Shown here: positions 13,820-22,638 of the stretch, piece after piece
Numbering within the stretch: position 1 is the first letter of the stretch
Layout: every line of letters starts with the position of its first letter
Virus record (IMG/VR): IMGVR_UViG_3300033067_002249
Location: 1-32,876 of that record
Direction: 5' to 3' (one strand)
Length of the DNA: 32,876 nt
Source of the DNA: a virus
Lineage: Duplodnaviria > Caudoviricetes
The notes under the pieces: generated by a model
What the model was told of the DNA's origin: nothing
The model's input: the letters and a program-made list of their open reading frames with translations, nothing else
The model's database searches: none
Program-made: the position numbers and the translations under genes

Positions 13820-15541
13820 TTGGCGACACGCAAGCCACGGAAGATCTCTCGCGAGAGAGTGCGCGAGCGGATGGCCTTCTGCGAACGTGCGCTGGTCACG
13901 CAGCCGACCTACGGGTCAGCCTGCAGGGCCTTCGTTGCGAAGTTCAAGACAACGTTGCGGTGTGCAGAGATTTACTGCCAGCGCGTGCGGGCACAGTGGG
14001 CAAAAGAGGCCGCACCCGCGAAGAGGGAACACCTGCTAGACGACCTCGACAGGGCGGCCAAGCAGGTGTTCGTCGAGGCGCTCAACGCAAAGAAGTTCGC
14101 GGGCGCCAACGGTGCGTTGCGCATTCGGATGCAGCTTCACGGGCTTGACGGACCAGTGCAAACGGACCCAACACAACACGCGTCGCTCAAGTCCGAGCGG
14201 ACACTCACGGAGTACATCTGTGAACACCGCCCGAAGCACTGGCCGATCCCGTGGCACTTGCAACAGCTTGTCGCGATCCTCGAACGCGCTGCACGCGAAC
14301 CAACGTTTGCAATTGTGTCGATGCCTCCAAGGCACGGCAAGACAGAGACGATTATCGCCGCGCTTGCGTGGTGCGTGGAGACCTGGCCCGAGAGGCTCAA
14401 CGCGGTCGTCACCTACGCAGGCGACTACAGCGAGCAACAGAGCACCAAGGTGCGAAGGCTCGTGACAGAGCACGGCGTGCAACTTCAAAAAGACCTCAAC
14501 CGCGCGAGCAACTGGCGCACGTTGCAGGGCGGCGGTCTCGCTGCAACTGGCATCGGTGGCCAGCTTACCGGCAAAGGCTTCGGCGGGCTGCTCATCGTCG
14601 ACGACCCCATCAAGGGGCGCGAGATGGCAGAGTCAAAGCGTGAGCGCGACAAGGCATGGGACACGTTCAACTCGGACGTGTGGACGCGTCGCGAAGGCCC
14701 CGTCGCCTCGGTCATCGTCGTGCAAACGCGCTGGCACATGGATGACCTCGCAGGGAGGCTCGTCGACGAAAACATTCCCGATGGCCCCGAATGGGAAGTG
14801 CTCAACCTTCCGGCGCTGCGCGACGACAGCAACGAACCAACAGACGACCTTGCGAATGGTCGCGTGCTCTGGCCCGAGCGCATCCCGCTCACGATGCTTC
14901 GCAGGCAGATGGCGCTTCCATACGAGTGGGCGTCGCTCTACCAGGGACACCCAGTGCCGAAGGGCGGGCGAATGTTCCGCGTGCCAGCGCGGTACGAACA
15001 CCTCACGCTGGACGGCGCGCGAATCGTCATTGGATGCGACCCTGCGGGCAGCGCAAGCGCGCGAGCTGACCACACCGCAGCGGTTGTTCTCGCGTGTCGC
15101 GGATACGGCGACGACGCAACGGCTGACGTTCTCGAAGTGGTGCGTGTGCAGATGGAAACCGACGGCGCTGCGCAAACGCTCCTCGACCTGCAACGCAAGT
15201 ACGGGCACGCGCCGCTGCACATCGAAGCAAGCCGCGATGGCAAGGCGATTGCGAAGGCGCTGCGCAACGTGCGCGCTGACCTCGCCATTGTCGAAGTGCC
15301 CATCGCTGGCGACAAGTGGACACGTGCACAACCAGCCGCAGCCGCATGGAACCAAGGCAGAATTCGCGTTCCTCTCCGTGGTGAGTGGGTGATGGACTTC
15401 ATCGGCGAGACCGAGCTGTTCACCGGCATCAGTGATCGCCACGACGACCAGATCGACGCGCTTGTGTACGCGTGGAATGCGTACCTCGCGAACGGTGCGC
15501 CTGTGCCTGTCGAGTCGTACGAAGGCGGGCAGTACGAATGA
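13820..15541 (+). CDS. Terminase large subunit with a TerS-like N-terminal extension
   Basis: Walker A MPPRHGKT, Walker B LLIVDDP, VQTRWHMDDL, nuclease GCDPA and HDDQIDAL. Confidence 0.93.
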   Translation: MATRKPRKISRERVRERMAFCERALVTQPTYGSACRAFVAKFKTTLRCAEIYCQRVRAQWAKEAAPAKREHLLDDLDRAAKQVFVEALNAKKFAGANGALRIRMQLHGLDGPVQTDPTQHASLKSERTLTEYICEHRPKHWPIPWHLQQLVAILERAAREPTFAIVSMPPRHGKTETIIAALAWCVETWPERLNAVVTYAGDYSEQQSTKVRRLVTEHGVQLQKDLNRASNWRTLQGGGLAATGIGGQLTGKGFGGLLIVDDPIKGREMAESKRERDKAWDTFNSDVWTRREGPVASVIVVQTRWHMDDLAGRLVDENIPDGPEWEVLNLPALRDDSNEPTDDLANGRVLWPERIPLTMLRRQMALPYEWASLYQGHPVPKGGRMFRVPARYEHLTLDGARIVIGCDPAGSASARADHTAAVVLACRGYGDDATADVLEVVRVQMETDGAAQTLLDLQRKYGHAPLHIEASRDGKAIAKALRNVRADLAIVEVPIAGDKWTRAQPAAAAWNQGRIRVPLRGEWVMDFIGETELFTGISDRHDDQIDALVYAWNAYLANGAPVPVESYEGGQYE

Positions 15542-17232
15542 GCGTCTTCAATCGATTCGGCAACGCGCTTGCTTCAATGGGCAGCGCTATCGGTGACAAG
15601 CTGTTCTCGCGCGAACGTTCAGAGCGTCAGGCACACGCCGAGAAGATGGAGGCCTTGTACCTCGGCACTCAATATGAAGCGTCGAAGCTCGCTCCGTCAT
15701 GGCCGAATCTTCCCGTTGGTGACCGCACACCGTTGCGGTTGCAAAAGCCAGCGGTCCAGTACGATCTCCCGGAGCTCTTGGTCAATCGACCCACGTCGCT
15801 CTTGTTTGGCGAAGGGCGCGCACCAAAGGTGACGCTCCAGGCGCACGACGGCGCGGACACAACCGAGGTCAACGCGTGGCTTGCGACGATCGTTGCAGAT
15901 GCAGAGCTGTGGTTCCGCATGCTCATTGCGTCGAGACTTGTAGCCATCACAGGCGCGTGCGCCGTGACGTGGTGCGTGTGCGCTGGCGAGAGCGACGAAG
16001 GCGGCGCGTTCGAGTTCGAAGCGCACCGTTCAAGCGACTGCATCCCCGAGTTCGATCCCAAGAAACACAACCGTCTTGTTCGACTCGAGAAGCGATACCG
16101 CTATGACCGCGAGGTTGAAAAGGTCGTCGATGGAGCGCGTCGCAAGATCGTTGAGAAGTGGTGGCACCGCGAGGAGTGGACCACTGCACAGCACATCGTC
16201 TACGCCGACGCGCCTGTTTCTCCAGATGGCAAAGAACCAACGTGGACCGTGGCTGATGCGGTTGAACACGGATTTGGGTTTGTGCCTGCGCATTGGGTGC
16301 GCCTCGAAGACGGATTGTGTCGTGATGCTGGCGGTGTCTCACACCTTCGCGGCATCTCCGACGTAACCGAGTCGATTGACCGCACACTCGGGCAAAAAGA
16401 CCGCGCGGTGTTCTACAACCAAGACCCAGAACGCCACGTGTTCGGCGTGCCGGTTGAACAACGAGCAGCGTTCCTTGGTGGCGCTGGCGTTCGGTTCCTT
16501 CCCCCAAAGAAGGAAGGCGTCGAGACTTCCATCGTTGAATACAACGGTGAGGGTCAGCGCGTTGCAGAGGAGCACGTGCAGGCGCAACGCAACCGCGTGC
16601 TCGAGGTGAAGCGCGTGACCTCGCACGACCCAGATAAGGTGCTCGCAGCCGCGCGGTCTGGGGCCGCACTCGAAGTGCTCAACCGCCCAATGGTTGAGCT
16701 CGTTGGAGAGTGGCGCGTGCCGTTTGGCGCGTGCGTGCGAGCAATCCTCGGACAGATTCTGCGCGCGATCCGATCGGGGGCAATGGCGCGCCTTGGTGTA
16801 CTCGAGACGCCCGCGCCTGCGGTCATTCCGCAAGGTCGCGTGATGCTCACGTGGGGACGGGCGTTCCCGCTCACACTCGAGGACTTGAAAGTTGCAGTCG
16901 AGACGGCGGCATCGATGGTCGACGCTGGCTTGTGTGACCGAGAAACAGCAGTGCGGTGGGTTGCAACACAGTTCGGATTCGACGACGTCGAAGAGATTCT
17001 TGAGCGACTCGAGGAAGAACTCGGGCAAAGGTCGAAGCGCGCACAGCAGATGGCAGCGACCATCGGAGGCACGCTCCCGCCAGAGGAAGACGACGCGGAG
17101 AGCGACGACACCGAGGGCGATACCGAGCTCAAGAAAACGGCCGAAGAAGACGGCAAGCCAAGCGCTGACAAGCCAGACGGCGAACAGACAGACACGAAGC
17201 CGGTCCTTATGCACCGAAGCCCACACCCGTGA
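15538..17232 (+). CDS. Portal protein (SPP1-like)
   Basis: ATGA-coupled to terminase; HGFGFVPAHWV, ARSGAALEVL and TWGRAFP motifs; acidic C-terminal tail. Confidence 0.85.
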   Translation: MSVFNRFGNALASMGSAIGDKLFSRERSERQAHAEKMEALYLGTQYEASKLAPSWPNLPVGDRTPLRLQKPAVQYDLPELLVNRPTSLLFGEGRAPKVTLQAHDGADTTEVNAWLATIVADAELWFRMLIASRLVAITGACAVTWCVCAGESDEGGAFEFEAHRSSDCIPEFDPKKHNRLVRLEKRYRYDREVEKVVDGARRKIVEKWWHREEWTTAQHIVYADAPVSPDGKEPTWTVADAVEHGFGFVPAHWVRLEDGLCRDAGGVSHLRGISDVTESIDRTLGQKDRAVFYNQDPERHVFGVPVEQRAAFLGGAGVRFLPPKKEGVETSIVEYNGEGQRVAEEHVQAQRNRVLEVKRVTSHDPDKVLAAARSGAALEVLNRPMVELVGEWRVPFGACVRAILGQILRAIRSGAMARLGVLETPAPAVIPQGRVMLTWGRAFPLTLEDLKVAVETAASMVDAGLCDRETAVRWVATQFGFDDVEEILERLEEELGQRSKRAQQMAATIGGTLPPEEDDAESDDTEGDTELKKTAEEDGKPSADKPDGEQTDTKPVLMHRSPHP

Positions 17233-17244
17233 CGGACCCAGCAA

Positions 17245-17766
17245 GTGCCTGACGGATCAGCACCAAGCATCACGCGCGAAGTTCTTCGCAGACGCGACGG
17301 ACGATCACGTGACGCAAGGGATGAGCGCGCTGCACGCAAGGAAGTGCTCGCGGTGCTTCGCGAGATGGTCAAAGAGTTCAACTTCGAACTGCACATTCCA
17401 GGTCGGCACTACAGCGGCGGAACCAACGACGAAGTGCTGGAATGGCGACAGGCCGAGGGGCGCGACTTTGCGAAGGACACCGCCGCTCTACGCAGCAAGG
17501 TCATGACCGCGGTGCTCTTGGAGTTCGAGGGCGCAACCTCAGCGCCTCGCAGTCAGTCGGTGCGCAAGGTGATCGCAGACACGATCCTCGATCACATCGT
17601 CAAGCGCGTGGAGAGTGGGGGCGCAGACATCTCGCTACCGCCGCTCACGAGCGAGTATCGCCGCACCAAGCAGAAGGCAGGATTCGGCGATCGACCAGTC
17701 GGTGTTCGCACGGCTCGTTGGCTCATGGCGCTAGAGCGCAAGGGCCGCGTGACTGTGACGCTTTGA
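17245..17766 (+). CDS. Virion morphogenesis protein (Mu gpG/HK97 gp10-like); paralog of 22167-22637
   Basis: LPPLTSEYRRTKQKAGFG...GVRTARWL resembles the PLxxxTxxxKxxxG...TGxL motif. Confidence 0.5.
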   Translation: MPDGSAPSITREVLRRRDGRSRDARDERAARKEVLAVLREMVKEFNFELHIPGRHYSGGTNDEVLEWRQAEGRDFAKDTAALRSKVMTAVLLEFEGATSAPRSQSVRKVIADTILDHIVKRVESGGADISLPPLTSEYRRTKQKAGFGDRPVGVRTARWLMALERKGRVTVTL

Positions 17767-17778
17767 AAGAGAGACAAC

Positions 17779-18177
17779 ATGAGTGACAAGACCCTCAAGC
17801 AATTGCTCGATGAGCCCGACCTCAACCGATTGGCAATCCTGCTGACGAAACTCGGGCTCGGCACAATGCTCGAAGTGCAGGAGTACGACTCCGGCACAAT
17901 CACAGCGACGGCAGCGGTGACGATCCCAGGGGGCGCGCAGCACGTGCAGAGCGCGCGTGTCGTGACCTCTGGAACGGGAGCGAGCGTGGGCACGTACCTC
18001 GCTGGCGACTCGACTGTTACGCCCCTCTTGCCGCCAGGCGGGGCGAGCACTGCTGTCGGCATCGCCGCGCTCGCGGCAGATGGCTCCACCATCACGTTCC
18101 CGAACACGGTCACACGCGTGATTATTCGCTACGTAAAGAAGCCTGTCACAGCGCTCACAACTGTTGTTGGACCCTGA
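17779..18177 (+). CDS. Putative head decoration or structural protein
   Basis: Thr/Ala/Gly/Val-rich beta-type sequence in the head module. Confidence 0.5.
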   Translation: MSDKTLKQLLDEPDLNRLAILLTKLGLGTMLEVQEYDSGTITATAAVTIPGGAQHVQSARVVTSGTGASVGTYLAGDSTVTPLLPPGGASTAVGIAALAADGSTITFPNTVTRVIIRYVKKPVTALTTVVGP

Positions 18178-18248
18178 GCGTTCTCGTTTGCGAGAACGTT
18201 CTCCATCGCGTCGTGCGCGCGTGAAACGCACGTAGGAGATTACGAGCC

Positions 18249-18878
18249 ATGACAGACCAAAACAGCAACCCCGCGCAAGGTGCGCAGGGGCAAGGCACAA
18301 CTTCGCCTGCGGCCAACGCGACAACACAACCGCAAGCACCTGCGCATGACTTCCAGCGGATGACGCTTGAACAGTTCAACGCGAGGTTGCAAGCCGAGCG
18401 TGAGGCCGGTGCGAAAGGCGCACTCGGCGCGATCGGCGTGGAGAGCGTGGACGTCGCAAAGGCCCGCGTTGCGAAAGCAGCCGAGCTTGAGCGTGCGTCG
18501 CTCTCAGAGTCCGAGAAAGCGCAGGCGCGCATCAAAGAACTCGAACCCGCCGCAACGAATGCTGCGAAGTTTGAGGAAGCGTTGAAGCGCCAACTCAAGG
18601 CAACGCTGGAGTCCATCCCCGAGGCGAAGCGCGGACTGCTCGACCTCGCGCCCGCGGAGACCGACCCCGTGGCGCGGCTCGACTGGATCACGAACGCGCG
18701 GGCGAAAGGGCTGTTCAACGACGTTGCGCCAGCGACACCTGCGGTCCATCAAGCCGCAAACAGCAAGGCGGGTATGGGTGCACCGCCAACACCGAGCACG
18801 TCGCAGACGAAGCCTACGCACGAGCTCACCAAAGAAGAATTCGAGGCTCTCAAGCGAGAGCGTCTCGGCAAGCGTTGA
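18249..18878 (+). CDS. Capsid scaffolding protein
   Basis: Low-complexity N-terminus, coiled coil with LSESEKAQARIKELE, short helical C-terminus; directly before the capsid gene; AGGAG RBS. Confidence 0.8.
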   Translation: MTDQNSNPAQGAQGQGTTSPAANATTQPQAPAHDFQRMTLEQFNARLQAEREAGAKGALGAIGVESVDVAKARVAKAAELERASLSESEKAQARIKELEPAATNAAKFEEALKRQLKATLESIPEAKRGLLDLAPAETDPVARLDWITNARAKGLFNDVAPATPAVHQAANSKAGMGAPPTPSTSQTKPTHELTKEEFEALKRERLGKR

Positions 18879-18924
18879 CATACGCGCGCGCATCCGCGGC
18901 GCGTGAACACGGAGCAATCAAGAC

Positions 18925-20256
18925 ATGACGTACGGCAATCTCAATCAGTTCCCCGCCGCGGTTCAAGCATGCGTGCAGGATGGTATTCTCGCGCGCGAAC
19001 TTCAGGAATCGCTCAAGCCAGTGCTGGCGTGGCGGCAGCGCTTCATGCGCGAGCGACACCCCGGCAACGTCGGTGACCGTGTCACCAAGTCGCGGCTTGG
19101 CCTGTTCACCCCTCTCTCTCGCACCACAGCGCAGACGGCACCTGGCGTTGCACCGCCGCGCCAAACGCGTGGCCTCGAGCAGTACGGCTACCAGGTGCAG
19201 AACCACAACGCATCGATTGACATCGTGATCCCCTCTGGGTTCATCGCGACCGGTCAGACGCCAGCAGCCAAGTTCATGGCAGACCTGCGAGACTTCGGGT
19301 TTCACGCTGGTCACTCTGTCGGGCGTTGGGCGCGGGACGTTTTGTACGACGCATACGCTGGTGGCGACACGTTCGCGACGGCAGCAGGGTCGTCTTCGAC
19401 CTCTATCCCTGTGGCGGACCTGCGCGGCCTCGGCACCGTGCTCGTCAACGGCGTCCCCACTGCGGTTTCTGTGACGAACCCTCTGACCGCCACGCTGGGA
19501 AGCACCTCGGTGTCCATCACAGCGGTCTCTGGCAGTTCTGGCACTGGCACCGTGACGCTCGCCTCGGCGGCGACGTGGTCGCAGTACGATCGCCTCAAAG
19601 CGTCGAATGCGCCGACAGTCATCCGTCAGAACAGCCGTGCGACAGACAGGTTGATCGTGTCAGGCGATACACCCACGATGGCTACATTTCGACGCGCGCG
19701 CACTGTGTTGGTCAACAACAACGTCCCGGGGATCGACGGCGCGGTTGGCGGCACGTACGGCGTGTACCTCGACAGCGACACGAAGGACGCGTTGATTGTC
19801 GACAGCGAGTTCCTCAACGCCATTCAATCTCAGGGCATCACTGGCCCAAGTGCCGACGGGCGGCTGGCGACATACGGAGGCATGGCGTTCTTCGAACAGC
19901 CGCGATCTGAGATGCCGGGCATCGACTCTGGCGGCTCGTACCAAACCGACATCCACCAGTCTCTCGTGTTCGGCCAGGATGTTGGGATTGAAGGGTTCAT
20001 CCCAGAGGACGACTTCGCGGCTGCTGTGCCGATGGAAGGCATCGGGGCAATGAACCACATCAAGATCCCGATCGACCCAGACGGAGCGCTTGCCATGATC
20101 ATCCGCGCACCGCTCGACGAAGCAGGCCGTGTTGTGTCCTGCACGTGGACCATCAGCGCGGATTGGTGCATCCCGTCGGACGTCAACAACCTTACCGGCA
20201 ATGCCCGGTACAAACGCGCGGTGATCGTCAAGACCGCAGGCCCTGCGTTCACATGA
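18925..20256 (+). CDS. Major capsid protein
   Basis: 443 aa after the scaffold; GILARELQESL...GNVGDRVTK...LTPL-like N-terminus; GRLATYGGMAFFE near the C-terminus. Confidence 0.85.
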   Translation: MTYGNLNQFPAAVQACVQDGILARELQESLKPVLAWRQRFMRERHPGNVGDRVTKSRLGLFTPLSRTTAQTAPGVAPPRQTRGLEQYGYQVQNHNASIDIVIPSGFIATGQTPAAKFMADLRDFGFHAGHSVGRWARDVLYDAYAGGDTFATAAGSSSTSIPVADLRGLGTVLVNGVPTAVSVTNPLTATLGSTSVSITAVSGSSGTGTVTLASAATWSQYDRLKASNAPTVIRQNSRATDRLIVSGDTPTMATFRRARTVLVNNNVPGIDGAVGGTYGVYLDSDTKDALIVDSEFLNAIQSQGITGPSADGRLATYGGMAFFEQPRSEMPGIDSGGSYQTDIHQSLVFGQDVGIEGFIPEDDFAAAVPMEGIGAMNHIKIPIDPDGALAMIIRAPLDEAGRVVSCTWTISADWCIPSDVNNLTGNARYKRAVIVKTAGPAFT

Positions 20257-20768
20257 GCAAGTCTCGCAACACGGCGCAAGGACCGGCGCAACCCGATCCT
20301 TTGCCCGCGCCTTCTCAGCCTGCCGTCGAAGAGATTGCAGGCGCGCTTGCGCCTCCGCTGGACACGAACATTCCTGTGGTTCCAGGTGGCGAAGCAACTC
20401 CAGTTGCGCTCTCGCTCACTGATGAAGAGCGTGCTGTTCTCCCGCCGCTTGAAGGTGGACACGAACTCGAGCCAGAACCACCATCGCCGCCATGGCGCAC
20501 AATCCTCATGGCGCGGAAGTGCTCCCGCGTGGCGCTCGATGGAGGGCTGACAGAGATTCTCGGCGGCGAGCTTGTGACCGACCCAGGCCACGTTGAGCGA
20601 CTGCGTTGCGATGTGGAATCGTTCCGCGAGATCCCTGTCTCTTCGGGCGAAGAGATCGAACGCATCGTGGCAGCACGCGAAGAGGAACTCGTTTCACTGC
20701 GCAAGCGTGCTCTCGAACTCGGCTGCCACGTTGTGCCTGACGGAACCCGCAAACTCCCGAAGCTGTAG
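20253..20768 (+). CDS. Hypothetical protein with Pro-rich N-terminus
   Basis: ATGA-coupled to the capsid gene. Confidence 0.7.
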   Translation: MSKSRNTAQGPAQPDPLPAPSQPAVEEIAGALAPPLDTNIPVVPGGEATPVALSLTDEERAVLPPLEGGHELEPEPPSPPWRTILMARKCSRVALDGGLTEILGGELVTDPGHVERLRCDVESFREIPVSSGEEIERIVAAREEELVSLRKRALELGCHVVPDGTRKLPKL

Positions 20769-20771
20769 CCA

Positions 20772-21170
20772 ATGGCCCTCACCGACGAACAAGTGCGCAA
20801 GATCTACAAGTACCTTCGGGTGCCGCAGATCACACAGCACGGCTCTGTGTTGTCAGGTACCCCGGTGCTGACCGCGTTCGTGCACGTTGTGCAGACGGCC
20901 GTCAACCAACTCACGATAGCTGGCGAAGCCAGTGTGGTGAGCATCCTTTCAACGATGGATGCAATCCGCACCGCGATGGCTTCGCCGACTGCCGCCTTCG
21001 GTCTCAAGCGCGTGAAGGGCGGGTCAAGCGAGATCGAGTACCAGGATAACGACGGTGGGTTTCAGCAGCGCAATTCCCAATGGGAATACTGGCGCAACGA
21101 GCTCGCTTCGGTTCTCGGTCTCTCGCTGTGGCAGCTTGATCTTCCGAGCGGCGGTGCACGCGAGCCATGA
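20772..21170 (+). CDS. Putative head-tail adaptor
   Basis: MALTDEQVRKIYKYL N-terminus, EIEY...YWRNELASVLG; position. Confidence 0.65.
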   Translation: MALTDEQVRKIYKYLRVPQITQHGSVLSGTPVLTAFVHVVQTAVNQLTIAGEASVVSILSTMDAIRTAMASPTAAFGLKRVKGGSSEIEYQDNDGGFQQRNSQWEYWRNELASVLGLSLWQLDLPSGGAREP

Positions 21171-21634
21171 CCGCACGAGACGACTTGCTCTCGCTGTTCA
21201 CCCAGGTGAACCAGATCTTGGGTGACTTTGGTTTGCGCACGATCCGGGTCGCGATTCGCGTGGAGACCTGGACCTCGCCAATCGGGACCTTCGGCGCAAC
21301 AGCGATCGCCACTGACACTGAGATCACGCCAACGCCAAGCGTGGACAAGCTCTCTGATGAGGACGCCGCCGTGATCGCTGCGACGTTGCCCGCAGAGGTC
21401 AACGGCCGTGGCGTGCGACCGCAGTTCCGTGTCAGCGGGATTCCGAAGAGCACCACGCTCGCCTCGTTGATTCAACCGTCCGCGACAACGCCGTCTCGGC
21501 GCGTGCTCGTGATGCTCTCGGGCACTGAACATGGCTTGACTGCGTACCCTGGCGATGCGTTCGAGGTTGTGACGATCGAGGGCACAGACCAGTTCTGTCA
21601 CTCACTCATCGTCGGGAAGGCGCAAGACCTGTGA
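21167..21634 (+). CDS. Putative head-closure/neck protein
   Basis: Position, size and coupling. Confidence 0.5.
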   Translation: MTARDDLLSLFTQVNQILGDFGLRTIRVAIRVETWTSPIGTFGATAIATDTEITPTPSVDKLSDEDAAVIAATLPAEVNGRGVRPQFRVSGIPKSTTLASLIQPSATTPSRRVLVMLSGTEHGLTAYPGDAFEVVTIEGTDQFCHSLIVGKAQDL

Positions 21635-22170
21635 CGACCTTTGCGGCAATCCAAGCTCGCCTTCGCGCAGTGACCTGCGATGGCTGGGGAGCAGATGGTG
21701 CGCTCGGTGCCGAGGCGCAAGCACGCGCCATTCAAGCAGGGCGTTTTCGTTGGTCAACGGTCCCGCTTTCCGATGTCGTGGCGCCCAGTGCGTTCCACCG
21801 CGCCGTGTTCTTCGACTGGATTGGAGAGCGAGACCACCTGGACGACGACAACGAGCAGCACGCCACCGCACTGCGCGTCATCACGGTGGACTTGCAGCTC
21901 GGGTACTTGCACTCCTCGCAAGGGTCGAACATTGGGCACACAGTCAGCAGCGAAGACCTCGACGCTTTGATCGCAGAAGGTTCAATGAACGCGACTGGAG
22001 ACGGCCACGACCTTCGTCGCGCGTTGTGCTTTCCGCAGCTCACGATGTCCGCGCCAACACTCACGCCGGCACTGTGCAACGTTTCGCGCGTTGGCGGCGC
22101 GAGCACACGCGACCTCGGTGGTGGTCGGCGCATTCTCTCGCAGGCTTTCGAGCTCACGGTGCTTGTGTGA
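21631..22170 (+). CDS. Putative tail terminator protein
   Basis: Position; ends in a beta strand (AFELTVLV) as tail terminators often do. Confidence 0.45.
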   Translation: MTTFAAIQARLRAVTCDGWGADGALGAEAQARAIQAGRFRWSTVPLSDVVAPSAFHRAVFFDWIGERDHLDDDNEQHATALRVITVDLQLGYLHSSQGSNIGHTVSSEDLDALIAEGSMNATGDGHDLRRALCFPQLTMSAPTLTPALCNVSRVGGASTRDLGGGRRILSQAFELTVLV

Positions 22171-22637
22171 TTACTGTCACGCTCACAACGAACCTGCAGG
22201 TCGAGGCGCGCTTGAAGGCAATTGCCTCGCTCGCCGCTGCGCTCGGGAGCGCGACAGAGATTCGTGTTGAGGTGCCCGCGCGCGACGTGGACAAAGCGCA
22301 ATGGCTCGATGCCTCGGGGCGGCCATTCTTTGAGATCACGCCGCGGCTTCAGAGTGACGTCGCACAGACAATGCAGCTCGCGGTGAACCGAGCGTTCGAC
22401 AGCGACGAAACAATCCTCTCAGTGGCTGAGATTTTCTACACGGGCACCGAAGCTCTGCGGCGTGTGTTCGTGAAACGGTTCATGAGCCAAGGCTACGACG
22501 TGCGCCTTGAGCCGATCTCGCCAGCGTGGCGAGCGAGCAAAGCACGGCGCGGTTTCAGCACGCTGATCGGCGTGTACACAGGACAACTTCTCGCGGCTCT
22601 TCGCAGCGCGCGAATCACTTTCAACGCGAGGTTTTGA
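22167..22637 (+). CDS. Virion morphogenesis/tail completion protein (Mu gpG/HK97 gp10-like)
   Basis: LEPISPAWRASKARRGFS...GVYTGQLL; GTG coupled to the upstream stop. Confidence 0.55.
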   Translation: MITVTLTTNLQVEARLKAIASLAAALGSATEIRVEVPARDVDKAQWLDASGRPFFEITPRLQSDVAQTMQLAVNRAFDSDETILSVAEIFYTGTEALRRVFVKRFMSQGYDVRLEPISPAWRASKARRGFSTLIGVYTGQLLAALRSARITFNARF

Positions 22638-22638
22638 G

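Noticed and set aside
157-18252. Similar start contexts GGAGAAATTAACGAGCCATGA (minus, 157-177) and GGAGATTACGAGCCATGA (18235-18252)
   Set aside because: Mostly RBS plus start codon and needs gaps to align; not supportable as att sites.
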